In this document: positions 1-13,042 of the stretch, piece after piece | How the letters are laid out: each line of letters begins with the position of its first letter | Numbering within the stretch: position 1 is the first letter of the stretch | Source: Octopus vulgaris | Lineage: Eukaryota | Assembly (NCBI GenBank): GCA_951406725.2 | Contig: OX597831.1 | Span: 54,808,001-54,872,000, forward strand | Reading direction: 5' to 3' | DNA length: 64,000 bases | The notes under the pieces: generated by a model | Database searches by the model: none | Seen by the model: the letters and a program-made list of their open reading frames with translations, nothing else | What the model was told of the DNA's origin: nothing | Program-made: the position numbers and the translations under genes

Positions 1-400
1 TGACAGCTCGCCGCCTTAATTGCTTCTAATATAGGCACAAGACCAGCAATTTTAAGAGGATGCCGTTGATCGATACTGTTGACCCCAGTACTTGACAAGT
101 GCTTTATTCTGTAGAACCCATAAGGATGAAAGGTAAAATTGACATCGGCTGTATTTGACATCGGCTGTATCGAAGTGCAGAGTGCTGGAATGAATGTTGC
201 AAGATAGTTTGTTCAACGCTTTAACGATTCTTCCAATCTACTTACCTACTAAAAACAATAATCCTTTGTAGGCCTGAAATTTGGCGGGAGGGGTTTAGTC
301 GAAATGTAAATTTGACCTCGGTAAGATTTGAACCCTGAACGCAAAGACAGACGAAATGTCGCTAAGCATTTTGTCCCATGCCTATCAACAACAATAATAA
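1..400 (-). mobile_element. Degenerate Deu/Nin-domain tRNA-SINE copies
   Basis: Diverged matches to the window-wide SINE core, e.g. 'ggatgaaaggtaaaattgacatcggc' and 'gaacgcaaagacagacgaaatgtcgctaagcattt'. Confidence 0.7.
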
Positions 401-527
401 AAGTTTCTGGTTTAGACGCATGTCCAGAATAATTGTTGAAAGACTTAGTCAATTCCATCGACCCTGCGTACTTGACAGTAGGGAAGTACTTGACTGGAGG
501 TCAGTGGTATCTGAAGTCAGTGGTATC

Positions 528-860
528 TAGCGCATGACTGAGTGGTTAGAGCGTCGAGCTTACGATCGTGAGGTTGTGAGTTCGAATCCCGGACTGGGCT
601 GCGTGTTGTGTTCTTGAGTAAGACACTTTATTTCACGTTGCTCCATTTCACTCAGCTGTAGACATGAGTTACGACGTCACAGGTGCCAAGCTGTATTTGC
701 TGTTGCCTTTCCCTTGGATAACACTGGTGGTGTGGAGAGAGGAGGCCGGTATGCATGGACGACTGCTGGTCTTCCATAAACAACCTCGCCCGGACTTGTG
801 CCTGGGAAGGTAACTTTCTAGGTGCAATCCCACGGTCAGTCATGACCGAAGGGAGTCTCA
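528..860 (+). mobile_element. tRNA-derived SINE, family C (Meta/CORE-like central domain)
   Basis: Box A-like 'tgactgagtgg' and box B 'gagttcgaatcc', then 'tgtgttcttgagtaagacactt'. Same family at 6143-6470 and 36724-36996. Confidence 0.8.
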
Positions 861-899
861 GCAATCTGAAGTCAGAATGTAAAGATCTAGAAGAAATAA

Positions 900-1312
900 C
901 GCATAGCTCTAACGATTCTGCCAACTCAGGCCCACCCTCATAGTTTCTAATCTAGGCTCAAAGTCAACAGTTTTGAGGGGAGACCCTGCAAAAACGAAAA
1001 GCAAAGTCGACCTCGGTGGAATTTGAACTCAGAATATGAGTCGGAAAAAATGCCGCAATGTATTTTGTCCAATGCGCCAGTGATTCTGGCAGTTTGCCAT
1101 TTCAAATTTTTGCACAAGACCGGCAATTTCAGAGAAGCGGGTAAAGTCGATTACATCGACCCCTGAACTCGACTGGAAGTTATTTTATCGACCCCGAAAG
1201 GGCGAAAGGCAAAGTTGACCTCGGCGGAATTTGAACTCAGAACGAAAAGATGAACGAAATACCGTTAAGCATTTCGCCCGGTGCACTAATGATTCTGCCA
1301 GCTCGTTACCTT
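900..1312 (-). mobile_element. Cluster of Deu/Nin-domain SINE copies (family A)
   Basis: 'aaagtcgacctcggcggaatttgaactcagaac' core occurs twice. Confidence 0.8.
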
Positions 1313-1544
1313 AGCAATAGTAATAATAATATATTTGCTGAAAGGTTTGTAGTGAGAATGATTCGAGTAAATGTGACTATTCCCAGCATACGCCCGTAGG
1401 CCGGCGAGCATTAACACCGCATGTAGAGGGCATTTATCCTGGGTAGTGGTGGTAATACTGGATCTATGAGGTGCTTTGATTAGTGATAGTTAGCGTTTCC
1501 CTCTATTGGAAAGCTACGTCCTGTACCCATATGTACATACATAC

Positions 1545-1877
<333 letters not shown>

Positions 1878-2159
1878 CAACAATTGAGGGTAAAATTAAT
1901 TAATTATTAATCAATTTCACCAAGTGTTCAGTATGCAAAGGGACCATTTAAGGCGAATTCAAATTATTACATTATATAAAAGGGCTTAGTAAAATAAATT
2001 ACTTTGCCGCATACTGAACTCATTAGAAATAGCAGCTAAAAAACTTTTTTAAAACTATTTCTAATACTTAAAGAAAACCTCTCTCATATAGTGTTTGCTC
2101 AACTCAACTCACGAAAGTTTGGGGGTAAAGACATCAAAAAATCAAATGCAAAGGTTATT

Positions 2160-2211
2160 TGAGAACGTATGTTTCAAGATTAGTCAACACGACACTTCTA
2201 TCATCAGCTCA
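2160..2211 (-). ncRNA. Type I hammerhead ribozyme (inverted copy)
   Basis: Reverse complement of 2361-2412 with one change in stem III (catacg). Confidence 0.7.
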
Positions 2212-2360
2212 GAAACTCCTTGGTTTGGATTTGAAAACACTTCGCTTGCATATTTGAGTTTGTTGGCACTGTTAGTTACGAGCAGATCTTCGAAAGCGAT
2301 GAGAAGCCGAAAGGGTATGCTCTCACTTTCAGTGTTTTCAAATCCAAACCAAGGAGTTTC

Positions 2361-2412
2361 TGAGCTGATGATAGAAGTGTCGTGTTGACTAATCTTGAAA
2401 CGTACGTTCTCA
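2361..2412 (+). ncRNA. Minimal type I hammerhead ribozyme
   Basis: tgag-CTGATGA-[aga..gtc gtgtt gac..tct]-GAAA-cgtacg (palindromic stem III)-TT-ctca. Confidence 0.8.
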
Positions 2413-2920
2413 AATAACCTTTGCATTTGATTTTTTGATGTCTTTACCCCCAAACTTTCGTGAGTTGAGTTGAGCAAACACTATATGAGAGAGGTTTTCT
2501 TTAAGTATTAGAAATAGTTTTAAAAAAGTTTTTTAGCTGCTATTTCTAATGAGTTCAGTATGCGGCAAAGTAATTTATTTTACTAAGCCCTTTTATATAA
2601 TGTAATAATTTGAATTCGCCTTAAATGGTCCCTTTGCATACTGAACACTTGGTGAAATTGATTAATAATTAATTAATTTTACCCTCAATTATTGAAATTA
2701 TAATTAATCTCCCTCTAATTAATGCTTCGGATTTTACCGAAATAAGCATAGTGTTTGCTGATTTTAACCCACGCTGGTGGAAAGGGGAGAACAGAAATTC
2801 TTCGCTTGCATATTTGAGTTTGTTGGCACTGTTAGTTACGAGCAGATCTTCGAAAGCGATGAGAAGCCGAAAGGGTATGCTCTCACTTTCAGTGTTTTCA
2901 AATCCAAACCAAGGAGTTTC

Positions 2921-2972
2921 TGAGCTGATGATAGAAGTGTCGTGTTGACTAATCTTGAAACGTACGTTCTCA
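2921..2972 (+). ncRNA. Minimal type I hammerhead ribozyme (second tandem copy)
   Basis: Identical to 2361-2412. Confidence 0.8.
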
Positions 2973-3148
2973 AATAACCTTTGCATTTGATTTTTTGATG
3001 TCTTTACCCCCAAACTTTCGTGAGTTGAGCAAACACTATATGAGAGAGGTTTTCTTTAAGTATTAGAAATAGTTTTAAAAAAGTTTTTTAGCTGCTATTT
3101 CTAATGAGTTCAGTATGCGGCAAAGTAATTTATTTTACTAAGCCCTTT

Positions 3149-3312
<164 letters not shown>

Positions 3313-3334
3313 TATTTATATTATTATTATTTGA

Positions 3335-4159
3335 TTGAACGCCACGCATCCATTTCCAAGTAAATTTATCTTAATCTTTTTGATGCGACTCTACTCTATA
3401 CTGTTTACACCCCCTATCGTTTTCTCTCTCATCCTTTCTCTAATTCCCTTTTCTCCCCTTCACAGCTTTCTGTCTGTCTTTTTCTCTCCCCCTCTTTCAT
3501 CTTTTACTCTCTCTCGTTGCTCACACGTGACCATCGTCCATCTTTCTTTTCCTTACGTAATCAACTTTCACTTCTTTCAGGGCTGTTCTAAAGACTGGAC
3601 CTATTCTGTCTCTCTTCTATCTTTCTGTTTTCTCCCCCTATCGTTTTCTCTCTCGTCCTTTCTTTAATTCCCTTTTTCACCCATTCACCATTTTCTATCT
3701 GTCTCTCTCTCCCCTCTTTCTCTTTTACTCTCTCTCTTTACTCATACGTGGCCATCGTCCACTTTTCTTTTTCTTCAGGGCTGTCCTAAAGACTAGACTA
3801 TCCTGTCTCTCCCTTGTATCTTTTCTCTTGTCAAAGAAAATATTTTACCCTCTGGTCTAAAAATATCCCATGTTTGTTTTCGTTCGGTATACTTGTATGC
3901 TTCCACTGTCCTGTTTTTGTTCCTAGCTTTGACCCTCCATAAATCCCGAATTTTATTTTGGTACTTATGGGAGCAACTGTCTTCGAAGACTCATATTGTC
4001 ATTCAATACCCAAAATGAGGAGTTGATAGACAGCCAACAACTGATAAAGGGTCGTTCTTTATGTTACTTGTCCTGTTTTCCATTTGTTTCTCACGATGTT
4101 TGTTTTCGTATTTCATGTTGTTTACTGTTGGTGACATCATGTACCCATATATGCATATG

Positions 4160-4204
<45 letters not shown>

Positions 4205-4392
4205 TATATTATTATTATATATATATGTGTGTGTATATGTATATATATATATATATGGATATATATACATATATATACATTTATGTATATATATATAAAT
4301 TGATATATACATACATATAAATATACATGTATATATATATATACATATATCTATACATACATATATATATATGCATATAGATGCATATATAT

Positions 4393-4477
<85 letters not shown>

Positions 4478-4545
4478 TATATGGGTACATGACGTCACAA
4501 ACAGTAAACATCATGAAATACGAAAACAAATAAGTTGAATACGCA
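3335..4545 (+). mobile_element. pLTR-like repeat with internal ~225-bp tandem duplication and an inverted terminal segment around a microsatellite
   Basis: 3400-3620 resembles 3625-3820. 4098-4160 is inverted at about 4470-4530. Confidence 0.5.
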
Positions 4546-4654
4546 AAGAAGGAGATTTTTCTACTTATATCGAAGAACGATGACCTGAAAAGATTTTTTT
4601 TTATATATTCTTCGGTAGGCAACCAGGGTTACTGAGTGTGCGAAAAAGAATACA

Positions 4655-4952
4655 AGAGTTACGGAATGGAGTACGGGAAATCTTGGCTACATATGTTTCA
4701 TAGCGACTGGAACCTCAGAAGTGGTAAAATCCTAGTGAGATGTAAAAGATTCTATCTGAATGACATTCTGATTGAATCTTTGCGTCCACATGTACCTCCT
4801 TGCTTCAATGTAGCCTTTAATCTAATTAAGATATCCTTGGCCCGAAGAGTAGCTGGTGGTACACACCTCACTTGGATTTTACCACCTCTGAGGTTCCACT
4901 CGCTATGAAACATACGTAGCCCGGATTTCCCATACTCCATTCCGTAACACTT
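4655..4952 (+). mobile_element. Short fold-back pLTR-like element with an HHR
   Basis: About 4657-4743 is the inverted copy of about 4863-4950. Confidence 0.65.
4833..4926 (+). ncRNA. Type I hammerhead ribozyme, U4C core, extended stem II
   Basis: cttggc-CCGAAGA-gtagc..(cctca/tgagg)..gctat-GAAA-catacg-TA-gcc. The inverted copy gives palindromic catatg and 'gccaag', making a 6-bp stem I. Confidence 0.7.
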
Positions 4953-4953
4953 G

Positions 4954-4990
<37 letters not shown>

Positions 4991-4992
4991 TA

Positions 4993-5117
4993 ATCATAAG
5001 GACACATTAAAGTGTCTAACTGCTAGAGAAAAAGAGTTAAAACCCTTATTTGGACCACCAAATAAGGGTTTTGACTTTTATTTCTGGCGGATAGACATTT
5101 TAATGTGTCCTTATGAT
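4993..5117. repeat. Fold-back hairpin, ~60-bp arms, 4-nt loop
   Basis: atcataaggacacattaa...cccttatttgg ACCA ccaaataaggg...ttaatgtgtccttatgat. Confidence 0.85.
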
Positions 5118-5193
5118 GAATATAATTTTAATTCTTTAGTTATATAATGCTATTTTTCAGGCCTGCAACCACATATATTAATATTTCTGTTAT

Positions 5194-5425
5194 TGGCGGC
5201 GAGCTGGCAGAAACCTTAGCACTCCGGGCGAAATGCGTAGCCGTATTTCGTCTGTCGTTACGTTCCGAGTTCAAATTCCGCCGAGGTCGACATTGCCTTT
5301 CATCCTTTCGGAGTCGATAAATTAAGTACCAGTTACGCACTGGGGTCTATGTAATCGACTTAATCTCTTTGTCTGTCCCTGTTTGTCCCCTCTGTGTTTA
5401 GCCCCTTAAGGGTAATAAAGAAATA
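5194..5425 (+). mobile_element. Deu/Nin-domain tRNA-SINE (family A), near full length
   Basis: 'ggcggcgagctggcagaaa' head and 'gtcgac..gcctttcatcctttcgg..gtcgataaattaagtaccag' core resembling the Deu domain. Confidence 0.85.
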
Positions 5426-5682
5426 TCAACTATTTATATTGCCTTCGATAGTAACAGCAAATGTGCTGTACCTTAGTCACTAGCAATACACAGGCCCTTT
5501 CACACTCACTCAGACACACGAGATAATCACGGGCTCTTTTGGGCACAACCGTTTCCAGCCCCTGGATGCAGAGTGCATGAAAGTAGAACGTAATTAAGTT
5601 TGAGGTGTTCCAACCCGATTGCTTCTCAACTGCGAGTGGGTTGCCATGAACGCGCGCGCGCGCGTGTGCGTGTGTGTGCGTG

Positions 5683-5746
<64 letters not shown>

Positions 5747-6095
5747 CAACTCCTTGGTTGAGTAGTATATAATTGAAAAAATGAAGAAGAATGATTTTCT
5801 GATAATTATTTTCCACTTCAATAATCAGATGTTTACAAATTTGCAAACGTTTGAGCGTTAAAGCGGAAAATAATTATCAGAAGGTCGTTTTCCTTCATTA
5901 TTTCAATTATACATACATACATACATACATACATACATACATACATACATACATACATACATACATACATACATACATACATACATACATACATACATAC
6001 ATACATACATACATACACGCATGCAGGTATATACATATATATATACGTACATGTATGTGTGCATGTTTATATTATATTACCACTTTTTAATCTCC

Positions 6096-6141
<46 letters not shown>

Positions 6142-6142
6142 C

Positions 6143-6467
6143 GGAGTCACGACACAGACCATGGGATTGCACCTAGAAAGTTACCCTCCTAGACACAAGT
6201 CCGGGCGAGGTTGTTTATGGAAGACCAGCAGTCGCCCATGCATACCGGCCTCCCCTCTCCACGCGACCAGTGTTATCCAAAGGAGAGGCAAAGGCCGATA
6301 CAACTTGGCACCAGTGACGTCGCAACTCATTTCTACAGCTGAGTGAACTGGAACAACGTGAAATAAAGTGCCTTGCTCAAGAACACAACACGCAGCTCGG
6401 TCCGGGATTCGAGCTCACAACCTCACGATCGTAAGCTTGACGCTCTAACCACTGAGCCATGCGCCTT

Positions 6468-6470
<3 letters not shown>
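6143..6470 (-). mobile_element. tRNA-derived SINE family C
   Basis: Reverse complement of the 528-860 family, flanked by (TA)n. Confidence 0.85.
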
Positions 6471-6523
<53 letters not shown>

Positions 6524-6683
6524 GTGTGTGTGTGTGTATATATATATGACATAATGATTTCATCCTTTCTCACGCTTTTTTATATAACTTTGGTTTGTTT
6601 TCTCCTATACGTTTTGTAACTCCCATGTAAAATGTGAGTTTATTGTATGTATGAAAGGCTCCTTGTAGCAAATACACAAGAAA

Positions 6684-6737
6684 TTATTATTATTATTATT
6701 ATTATCATTATTATTATCATTATTATTATTATTATTA

Positions 6738-6810
<73 letters not shown>

Positions 6811-6826
6811 CATTTTCATTATTATT

Positions 6827-6864
<38 letters not shown>

Positions 6865-6888
6865 TATCATTATTGTTATTATTATTAT
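6684..6888. repeat. (ATT)n/(ATC)n microsatellite, probably the tail of the adjacent R4-like LINE
   Basis: Read directly. Confidence 0.9.
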
Positions 6889-7160
6889 TCTCTTCTTTCA
6901 ATTTTGTTTCCATTACGTGCCGAGTGTCTTCCTGACACCTAGGGCAAAGAAACTCGCTGTATACATTGGTAGGCCGTCTTGAGATGCTACATCTTTTCGA
7001 TTTCAATCAGCAAATCATTATGTTTTCTGAGCTTATCAAATTCTTTTGCTGAGATATCATCACAAAATATGCTCATGTCAATCAATAAACAGGCTTCATT
7101 GTTTTGGCCTTTCACACCAATATCTGGTTTATTATTTTGTTTTAGAAAAAAATTATTTTA
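6889..7160 (-). pseudogene. 3' end of an R4/Dong-like LINE (restriction-like endonuclease)
   Basis: Minus strand reads NNKPDIGVK..CLLIDMSIFCDDISAKEFDKLRKHNDLLIEIEKM*HLK (PD..D motif), followed by (AAT)n. Confidence 0.7.
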
Positions 7161-7496
7161 TAAACTAACATGGCGACGCCAGCCTTGCTAAAAGACATGG
7201 AAGAAGTAAGAGGTAGCTTTGATAGCGTGTTGCAAGACACCTCTGAGTCCTCCGCCTTCTTGCCTCAAATGGAAGGGAAGGTGGGCTCTCACCAAGTTCA
7301 AAGTACAATGGACCACATTACCACTATGACAACAAACAACAGCAACAGCACAACACAGCACAGGAATTTAATTCCAGTTATGAAGCTGAATTTCACGCAA
7401 TAAGTGAGACAATACCAAAGACATTAACTAACTGCGTCAACAATAAGACGACGAGTACGGTCATTAATACTCCGTTACAACCACCACCACCACCAC

Positions 7497-7730
7497 CTAT
7501 TTCTTTACTACCCACAAGGGGCTAAACACAGAGGGGACAAACAAGGACAGACAAACGGATTAAGTCGATAATATCGACCCCAGTGCGTAACTGTACTTAT
7601 TTAATCGACCCCGAAAGGATGAAAGGCAAAGTCGACCTCGGCGGAATTTGAACTCAGAACGTAACGGCAGACGAAATACCGCTAAGCATTTCGCCCGGTG
7701 CGCTAACGTTTTTGCCTGCTCGCCGCCTTC
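7497..7730 (-). mobile_element. Deu/Nin SINE family A
   Basis: Close reverse-complement match to 14101-14335. Confidence 0.9.
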
Positions 7731-7854
7731 CACCACCACCGCTACCATTGCAACAACAGAAATTATGAGAGGAAAAAACGAAAACAAGTAGCCTCAACAA
7801 TTTAAATGACAACAGTGTTTCCACTATAAATAACAACGGCATCAACAACAATAG

Positions 7855-8105
7855 TGTAGGCGCGTGGCTTAGTGGTTAAGGTGTCAGTATCATGATCGTA
7901 AGATTGTGGTTTCGATTCCTGAACCGGGCGACGCGTTGTGTTCTTGAGCAAAACACTTCATTTCACGTTGCTCCAATCCACTCAGCTGGCAAAAATGAGT
8001 AACGCTGCGATGGACTGGCGGCCCGTCCAGCTAGGGAACACATACGCCATAGAAACCGGGAAACCGGACCCATGAGCCTGGCTAGGCTTTAAAAGGGCGC
8101 ATTTA
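7855..8105 (+). mobile_element. tRNA-SINE with V-domain-like segment
   Basis: Box A 'tggcttagtgg' and box B 'gtttcgattcc'. 'ctgcgatggactggcggcccgtccag' resembles the V-SINE core. Confidence 0.7.
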
Positions 8106-8189
8106 TTTTTTTTATCAACAACAATAACAACAGCAACAACAATAAATTCGAACCAACGGCTGCGAAATGCACAGAACTAAATATGATAG

Positions 8190-8900
8190 ATATCCTCCCG
8201 AGGGATGTATGTCAGGCCTAAGCGTTCAAACTAATGGCAATGAAACCGTTCTGCATGCACTCGTCCAATGTCCGGGCATTACTGATTTGTGAATCTTTGT
8301 AGAACAGCTGTTAGTTCGTAAAGGACAGATCCGGTTATCAGCCGGGCCCGTCATGAGGATGGCTCCGCCGCTTTCTATAGGCTGGGAAATGAAAGCAGTT
8401 TTCCTTTGTCTGGTGGCTATGGCGAAAGAAAGTAGTGTGGTTAACGAGGTTGAAAGGACTGAAGTAGCATACTTGCCTCTTCGGCCAAGCCCTCGTCGAC
8501 TTTTTCGAGTTCCACTTGAAAGGGAAAGTAACAGTGGAGAAGGAAGTGCTGCACCTCAGTATTTTTATTGAAAGATGGGTGAATGTGGTGAGGACGGCCT
8601 GTGCGAATGGGCCTACTCTGAACATACGCTTTTAAGCTGGAAAGGTTGAGAAGAGAGGAACCTGCTAAGGTGCCCTTGGCGGTCGGGGTGACCGGAACGT
8701 GAAGGATTCCTGGGTTGCCTCAAGGTGGATCTCCCTCCTTTTGTAGAATTTTATTATTAAATTTTTGTTGCTAATTGTTCTTGTTTTGTTGTATACACGT
8801 ATTTCTGTGCTAAGCCCAATTCGTCCCTTGTTTTGCATTTTCCCTTTTTGTTTTGTATTCGTCCCCAGTGGCCAATAAAGAAAAAGGTTATCCTAATTAT
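8190..8900 (+). pseudogene. 3' fragment of a Tx1/L1-like LINE (zinc-knuckle region and 3' UTR)
   Basis: ETVLHALVQCP and KAVFLCLVAMAKE motifs with stops and frameshifts. Ends in aataaa plus a microsatellite. Confidence 0.6.
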
Positions 8901-8906
8901 TATTAA

Positions 8907-8967
<61 letters not shown>

Positions 8968-9629
8968 ATTGCAAATCTTTATTTATAGCATTTTATTTTT
9001 GTCTCGGAAAATCTATTCTTAACTGTATGGGAACCGACTAACCACTCAACCAACCAGCCTAGAAAGAAAGAAAGAAAGAAACAAACAAACAAACAAACAA
9101 ACAAAAAAGAAAGAAAAAGAAGAAAAGAAGAAAGATAGACATTTCAAAATGCGCCACAGTATAACCATAACAATATAAGCGACACATTAACTTATATTAT
9201 ATTTTATCTCGTCTTTTGACATTCTAGTGTCATTCCCACCAACTGCAGGAGTGCTGGAGGTTGTTTCGTTATTTCTGTGAAACTTCTTGTTTAGAAACAA
9301 TATGAACAACGTACTAAAATAAAAATATAAATTAAAAAGCTGGAAGTAATCGCATCACGTTTTCGAAAGCGTGAGCACTACGGTTTCTATAATATTATTG
9401 ATAGTCGTTTTTCTTCCCGCTTTCTTAGTTTCTCTGATAATTGTATCGTCTTTAAATGAATTCATATTTTCTTAATATATATCACCCACATACCGTACAT
9501 TTTTTACACACTAGTTCACTTTTCCTCTCTCTTCTTCCCAGTCTCTCTCCTATTTTTCTTTCTCTCACGTGTTGGCTTCCCTGCTGATGTAGAGATTAAT
9601 AAAATAAACTATATATATTTGGGTAAATT

Positions 9630-9845
9630 GATTTCAAATTTTAGTGCAAGGCCAGTAATTTAGGGGGAACGGTTAAGTAGAATACATCGACCCCAGTGCT
9701 CAACTTGTACTTTGTTTATTGATCCCGAAAGGATGAAGGGCGAAGTCAACCTCGGTGGAATTTGAACTTACAATGTGAGGACGTTGGAAATGCCGCTAAG
9801 GGTTTTGCCCGTCGTGCTAACGATGCTACTAACTCGCTTCCTTAG
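9630..9845 (-). mobile_element. Diverged Deu/Nin SINE
   Basis: 'gatcccgaaaggatgaagggcgaagtcaacctcggtggaatttgaac'. Confidence 0.75.
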
Positions 9846-10449
9846 ATAGCATGCTGTGCATTCATTTGGCATTGGTTATTATTAATGAATGAGTTTACGT
9901 GAGTTTAGAGCAGTGTTTCTGATAGTAAAGTGGTTGTGGTAGAACTGTGAGAACCTGAAAGGAAAAAACAAATTGTCATGATTTTTAAAACAAATTGTCA
10001 TGATGTTTTAAAACAAATTTAGACGGTGTTGCCAACTTCTAAAACTTGTGAAAGAAAGGACAAGGATTACATGGGCGGAAATTGTGGAATTGCTTCAGTG
10101 ACTAGGTCGCAGACAGTACGACGAAAATTTTGGCACCAAGAAATAAAAATGTGATGAACTGAAGTTAACGATTTCTATGTGGTTTTTGAATGGGTAGAAT
10201 GAACATGAAACATGGTAATTGCTTCAACTTCAGTATACGGTCTTAGATTCAATCACTTGCTAGACAAGTACGACTCCGAAATTTGAGAGCTTCTGACACG
10301 CTACCAAAATCTTGTGAAACGTTATATGTTTCCTAAAGGAGATAGCAACTATACAACAGCTTTACTTCATAGAATAACACTGCAACTCTATTTTGTCTTC
10401 TCGTTAGAAAAGAGGGAGATGGTGCAAAAAATTTTTAAAAATCACTAAG

Positions 10450-10623
10450 TGCAGGCGTGCCTAGGTGTGGGTGTGTGGTAAGAGGTTTGCGTCTCAGCCA
10501 CAACATTGTTTCGGATTCGGTCCCACAGCATGGTACCTTAAGTAAATGTCTTCTGTTAATAGCTCCGAGTCGACCAAAGTCTTATGAATAGATTTGGTAG
10601 ACGGAAACTGAAAGAGACCCGTC

Positions 10624-10626
<3 letters not shown>
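10450..10626 (+). mobile_element. 5' part of tRNA-SINE family B (CORE-like); 3' part resumes near 13500-13670
   Basis: 'gatttggtagacggaaactgaaagagacccgtcgtatata' as in the full copy at 55482-55900. Confidence 0.7.
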
Positions 10627-10676
<50 letters not shown>

Positions 10677-10681
10677 GAAGG

Positions 10682-10732
10682 AGCTTCTACAGGACTAGAA
10701 CTGTTTCATTCAGATGAAATCTTCAGGAAGCT
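10682..10732 (-). ncRNA. Type I hammerhead ribozyme
   Basis: agcttc-CTGAAGA-t ttc atct gaa t-GAAA-cag ttctagtc ctg-TA-gaagct. Confidence 0.8.
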
Positions 10733-10794
10733 GGCTGTCAAAACGTCAAAAAACTTAATAAATCTACTTTTTCCGAAGCCCATCCAGTATCCGA

Positions 10795-11251
10795 CAGCAA
10801 CAGCAATTTCAACTGCCCTGATAAGACTACTTGCCCCATCAACAACAACTGCCTACAGAAAGATCTCGTCTACATATGCGATGTACGATCAGGCCCCGAT
10901 GATAAAAGAAAATCGTACATCGGAATGACCTCAAATAGTTTTAAGACTTGCTGGTACACCCACACACATTCGTTCCGGCGACCTGACAAATCTAACCAGA
11001 CTACTCTCGCCGCCCATATCTGGCACCTTAAAAGGAACTCCACCTCCTTCAAGATCAAGTGGAGACTACTCCAGAGACAGCGTTCTTACACGGGAGGCCA
11101 TACTTACTGTGGCCTTTGCATTTCTGAGAGCTTGGAGATCTTATCCGCCAAAGGCCCTCTCCTCAACAAGATCTTGGAACATTCCCCAAACTGTATGCAC
11201 AAAATCTATGCAAACTACAAAAATTACAGACCCACCCGGCCACCCGATTGA
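10795..11251 (+). pseudogene. PLE GIY-YIG endonuclease C-terminal fragment
   Basis: NCPDKTTCPINNNCLQKDLVYICDV..KSYIGMTSNSFK..H.HSF..HIWHLK..IKW..CGLCISE..LLNK..CMH. Confidence 0.8.
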
Positions 11252-11324
11252 CGACACCCCCACAACCCCCCCCCCCACACCACCGTTCCTTCATCACCCC
11301 AAATTACCTTCTCTCCTAACACTA

Positions 11325-12124
11325 TATACATATATATATATATGCATATGTATATATGCACATATATGTATATATGTGCATATATATGTATATGTGCATA
11401 TGTATATGTACATATGTATGTGTATGCATGTATATGTGTGTATGTGTATATATGTGCATATGTATGTATACGCATGTATATGTATATATATATATATATC
11501 TATATATATATATATATATATGCATATGTTTGTATGTGTGTGTGTGTATGTATTTATGTATGCATGTGTGTACATGTGTATATATTTATATGTATGTATA
11601 TGCATATGTATATGTATATATGCATATATGTGTATTTATATGTGTGTACGTATGTATGTATATGTGTATATGTGTATATATGTATGCATGTATGTATTTA
11701 TGTATATATATATGTGCGTGTATGTGTATGTATGTGTATATGCATGTATATATTTATGTATGCGTATGTGTATTTATATATACATGTGTACTTGTATATA
11801 AATGTATGTGTGTATGCGTGTGTATTTATATTTGCATATATGTATTTATATGCGTATATATACTTATATATGCGTATATATATTTATATACACATATGTT
11901 TTTATATGTGCATATGTGTTTATATATGCGTGTATATATTTATGTCTGTGTTTGTGTGTACATATGTTTATTTATGTATGTGTTTATATATGCATAATTA
12001 TGTATATGTTTATATGTACATGGGTATATTTATGTATGTATACTTATGTGTATTTGTATGTGTATATATATATATATGTGCGTGTGTATGTGTATGTAGG
12101 TGTATGTATGTATATGTATGTGTA

Positions 12125-12161
<37 letters not shown>

Positions 12162-12290
12162 GTATGTATATATATATATGTATATATATATATGTGCGTA
12201 TGTGTATGTATGTATATATATGTGCGTATGTATGCATATGTATATTCGCATGTGTATGTATGTGTGTTTGTATGTATATTTATTTTATAT
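11325..12290. repeat. Compound (TA/TG/ATGT) low-complexity tract inside the PLE 3' UTR
   Basis: Read directly. Confidence 0.9.
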
Positions 12291-12667
12291 TTTTTAATGT
12301 TTTTTATGTTTTTTCATGTATATTTATCTATTTATTCCCTCCACTAAACAATAGCAAACTGCCTACCTCTTCTTGACCACCAAAAAGCAATTGTCTTCAA
12401 ATTTACCTAAAATCCCATCCCATATATCTGTTGAAATACTATTCTTGGGGTTTCTATTCATTTATTCTATTTATTCATTTATTTATTTTCTCACTGATTC
12501 TTCTCATTTCAAAAAACACCCTGGCCTTTTGACCACTCCTCTAAGAACAATAGCTTGTGCCCTGTTTATCTCCTAAATACCAACCTACCCCAAAAACGTC
12601 CCCCCTGCCACCACCACTCCATTAAATCTGCCTAAATGCATAAATACCAGAACTTATTTTGACAGCC

Positions 12668-12718
12668 AGCTTCCTGAAGATTTCATCTGAATGAAACAGT
12701 TCTAGTCCTGTAGAAACT
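12668..12718 (+). ncRNA. Type I hammerhead ribozyme in the PLE 3' pLTR
   Basis: Same as 10682-10732 with one stem I mismatch (gaaact). Confidence 0.78.
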
Positions 12719-12800
12719 CCTTCTATAAAATAAATTACTTTACTTTGCTATGTATTGAGTACCTTATTTACTGTGGTTAACCCCGACTCAACCCGGGACC

Positions 12801-12899
<99 letters not shown>

Positions 12900-13004
12900 A
12901 CATATATATATGTGTGTGTGTATGTATGTATGTATGTATGTATGTATGTATGTATGTATGTATGTATGTATGTATGTGTGTATGTATGTATGTATGTATG
13001 TATG

Positions 13005-13040
<36 letters not shown>

Positions 13041-13042
<2 letters not shown>

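Larger units (their letters stand above)
10672..12803 (+). mobile_element. 5'-truncated Penelope-like element with inverted pLTR segment, in (TA)n
   Basis: GIY-YIG remnant, microsatellite-rich 3' UTR and an HHR. 10672-10743 is the inverted copy of 12657-12728. Confidence 0.85.

Noticed and set aside
528-600. tRNA genes at SINE heads (also 7858, 54423, 55482)
   Set aside because: A and B boxes are present, but the acceptor stems are incomplete and the sequence continues into SINE bodies.
2095-3013. ORFs of 65-114 aa in the 560-bp element
   Set aside because: They are mirror ORFs created by the inversion, with no domain similarity.
4020-4075. CTGATAA and TTGATGA motifs (also at about 53230) as hammerheads
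   Set aside because: No correctly placed GAAA, stem III and UH could be assembled.
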